DNA of 64,000 nt from the NCBI RefSeq assembly GCF_036321535.1, contig NC_087436.1, positions 103,790,001 to 103,854,000 on the forward strand, read 5' to 3'. This document shows, one piece after another, positions 61,734-64,000 of this stretch (within the stretch, counting starts at the first letter, position 1; every line of letters begins with the position of its first letter). Position numbers and translations under genes: made by a program. Source of the stretch: Camelus dromedarius (lineage: Eukaryota). The notes under the pieces were generated by a model. It searched no databases, was not told the DNA's origin, and worked only from the letters and a program-made list of their open reading frames with translations.

Positions 61734-62454
61734 AGAGTAAATTTTCATGAAATTAAAATGTGTTTCTTAATGATGCTACCTAACCTACATATCAGATCCA
61801 GCTGCAGCAGGTTTCAGACTCAATGGTTTATTTATTCATTCAGTTACTAAAGATAAATTTAAATATAAATATTTATAGATTTAAATATAAATTTAAAGCA
61901 CAAATGATGTACCAGATACTGTGCTTGACATTACTATAGTCTAGTAGGTTTATTTTTACCTTCATGAAATTAGAAGTTTAGCTCTACCTTCAGGTAGGGA
62001 AGTCATTAGTTGGAGAAGGACGCAGCAAACCCGAGTCTATCCGATTTGAAAAACCTTTAGAAAATTATGTGCTAACAACTCCCTCGTTCATTCAAAAAAT
62101 ATAATTTGAATTTAATTTTGAATGTGAGACATTTCCAAAGCACAGTGCTGAGCATTACAGGTAAGACAAAAGATAGAGCATCTTACTTCTGCATCCCTTT
62201 TATGTGGCTTATAATTTAAATGAATATATCAAATGCATACACTCACCTTATCTGATAGAAATGATTATCACTGGTGTAATGCTGAGAAAACTTAGGTCCA
62301 AGAGCATACAGCAGAGAAGGCAGATGCTCAGTTGATGCTACAATTCGACTCTCTGCACCACGTAGAATCTACCAGTTCCCGATTTTTAAGGAGAAGCACA
62401 ACTTGAAATATCAAGACAGATACAAGATAGAGAAAACCGAAGTTTGTATTATCA

Positions 62455-62990
62455 AATTGAATCCAACAATACATTAAAAGGATCACATATCATGAACAAG
62501 TGGGGTTTATCCCAGGGATGCAAGGATAATTTAATGTCCACAAATCAATCAGTGTGATATAACATGTTAAGATATTGAAGAATAAAAATCATATGATTAT
62601 CTCAATAGAAGAACAAGACAAGGATGCCCACTTCTGCCACTTTTATTCAACACAGTATTGGAAGTCCTCACCACAGCAGTCAGACAAGAAATAGAAATGA
62701 AAGAAAAAGGAAGAAGTAAAACAATCTCTGTTTGAAGATGACATGGTGCTATATATAGAAAATTCTAAAGATGCCACTGTTGGTGGGAATGTAAAACAGT
62801 ATGAAGTTCCCTTAAAAAAACAGAGTTGCCTTATGATCCAGCAGTCTCACACCTCAGTGTATATCTGGAGAAAATGCTAATTCGAGAAGGTACATGCACC
62901 CCAATGTTCATAGCAGCACTGTTTACAGTAGCCAAGACATGGAAGCAACCTATATGTCCATTGACAGATGACTGGATAAAGAACATGTGG

Positions 62991-63049
<59 letters not shown>

Positions 63050-63406
63050 TACTACTCAGCCATAAAAAAGAATAAAATAACCCCATTTGCAGCATCTTGG
63101 ATGAACCTAGTGATTATCACACTAAGTGAAGTAAGTCAGAGAAAGACAAATATATCACTTACATATGGAACCTGAAATATGATACAAATGAACTTATTTA
63201 CAAAACAGACTCACAGACATAGAAAACAAACTTATGGTTACCAAAGGGGAAAGTTGGGGGAGGGATAAATTTAGGAATTTACAGTCAGCAGATACAAACT
63301 ACTCTATATAAAATAGATAAACAAGGTCTTAGCACAGGGAACTATAGTCAATATCTTACAATAATCTGTAATGAAAAAGAATATTTACATATGTATATCT
63401 GAATCA
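62455..63406 (+). mobile_element. Cetartiodactyl-type L1 with several internal deletions
   Basis: RT pieces (caagtggggtttatcccagggatgcaagg; tttgaagatgacatg), ORF 62826-63065 PYDPAV..CTPMFIAALFTVAKTWKQP, 3' UTR homologous to 3208-3560. Confidence 0.95.
62995..63046. repeat. (CA)26 microsatellite inside L1
   Basis: Read directly. Confidence 0.97.
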
Positions 63407-63624
63407 GTGCACAGTCGCGTGCTTGGCACAGTGAGCACTATAAAAAAAAATCTAGAAGGTTTTTTCTTTTTCCTATGGTGCTCACAGGCCAGAGAAGGCA
63501 TGGAGAGTGCACAGACAACCCCAGTAAAGGTCACGGGGGGTTAAGAAACACACGAAGTGCTCTGGAAGCCAGAGGAAGGGTGAAAAGAGCGCTCTTGTAT
63601 TTTCTGTGTGTGCACAGGAGTGCT

Positions 63625-63664
63625 CACGTGCGCACGCATGCACACACACACACACACACACACA
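63625..63664. repeat. 40-bp alternating pyrimidine-purine tract ending in (CA)12
   Basis: cacgtgcgcacgcatg(ca)12 read directly. Confidence 0.95.
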
Positions 63665-64000
63665 GCACTTCACCTGGGGTATCCCCATGGCTCTCAGGAT
63701 AATACTCGAGACACCACAGCAAGTCAGCAGAATTATGTGATTCTGTCGCCAGCATCAGTATTGATTTACTTCCTTCCCTAAGAGAAGCTCTATAACCTCC
63801 CAGGGACATAATCCCCCATTTTCTCTGAAGGAAAGTCCCTTTTTGACAGAGGCATGGGGAGAGTCTATTAGCTCCCTGTCGCAAGCCGGGGCTCCAGAAC
63901 AAACATAGACGGCTTAGTTTTCAGCCTTTAGTTCCCGACTAATGAATCTGTAGCCTCAACCTCAGGCTTAAGTTCTTCACTGCTGGTTTAAGGTGACCAG

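Noticed and set aside
1..64000. CRISPR array, operon or other prokaryote-type system; intact autonomous transposon
   Set aside because: No regularly spaced direct repeats and no long ORFs; the repeat landscape is entirely mammalian and all TE coding remnants are frameshifted.

Overview
Mammalian non-coding genomic DNA, most likely camelid (camel/alpaca/llama). The basis is two tRNA-Ala-derived Vic-1-type SINEs, camelid-type young L1 3' ends, and no Alu, Bov-A, PRE-1 or Can-SINE that I could see. A large share of the window is decayed transposable elements: L2, MIR, CR1/L3, probable L4, old and young L1, MaLR/ERV solo LTRs and hAT MITEs. I can support no protein-coding exon, functional RNA gene or CRISPR array; the ORFs with recognisable homology are all broken L1 ORF2 or hAT transposase remnants. 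11 of 12 LTRs lie on the + strand, which suggests (inference) a very long intron of a minus-strand gene. Consistent with that, a polypyrimidine-CAG|GTAAGT recursive-splice-like motif sits on the minus strand at 53867-53900. Other leads are enhancer-like motif clusters, a tailless tRNA-like retroposon, a 5'-inverted L1 with a nested SINE, multiply deleted L1s, nested LTRs and perfected hairpins inside old repeats. I do not see good evidence for a new biological system. Repeat subfamily names come from remembered consensus sequences, and boundaries without target-site duplications (TSDs) are approximate.
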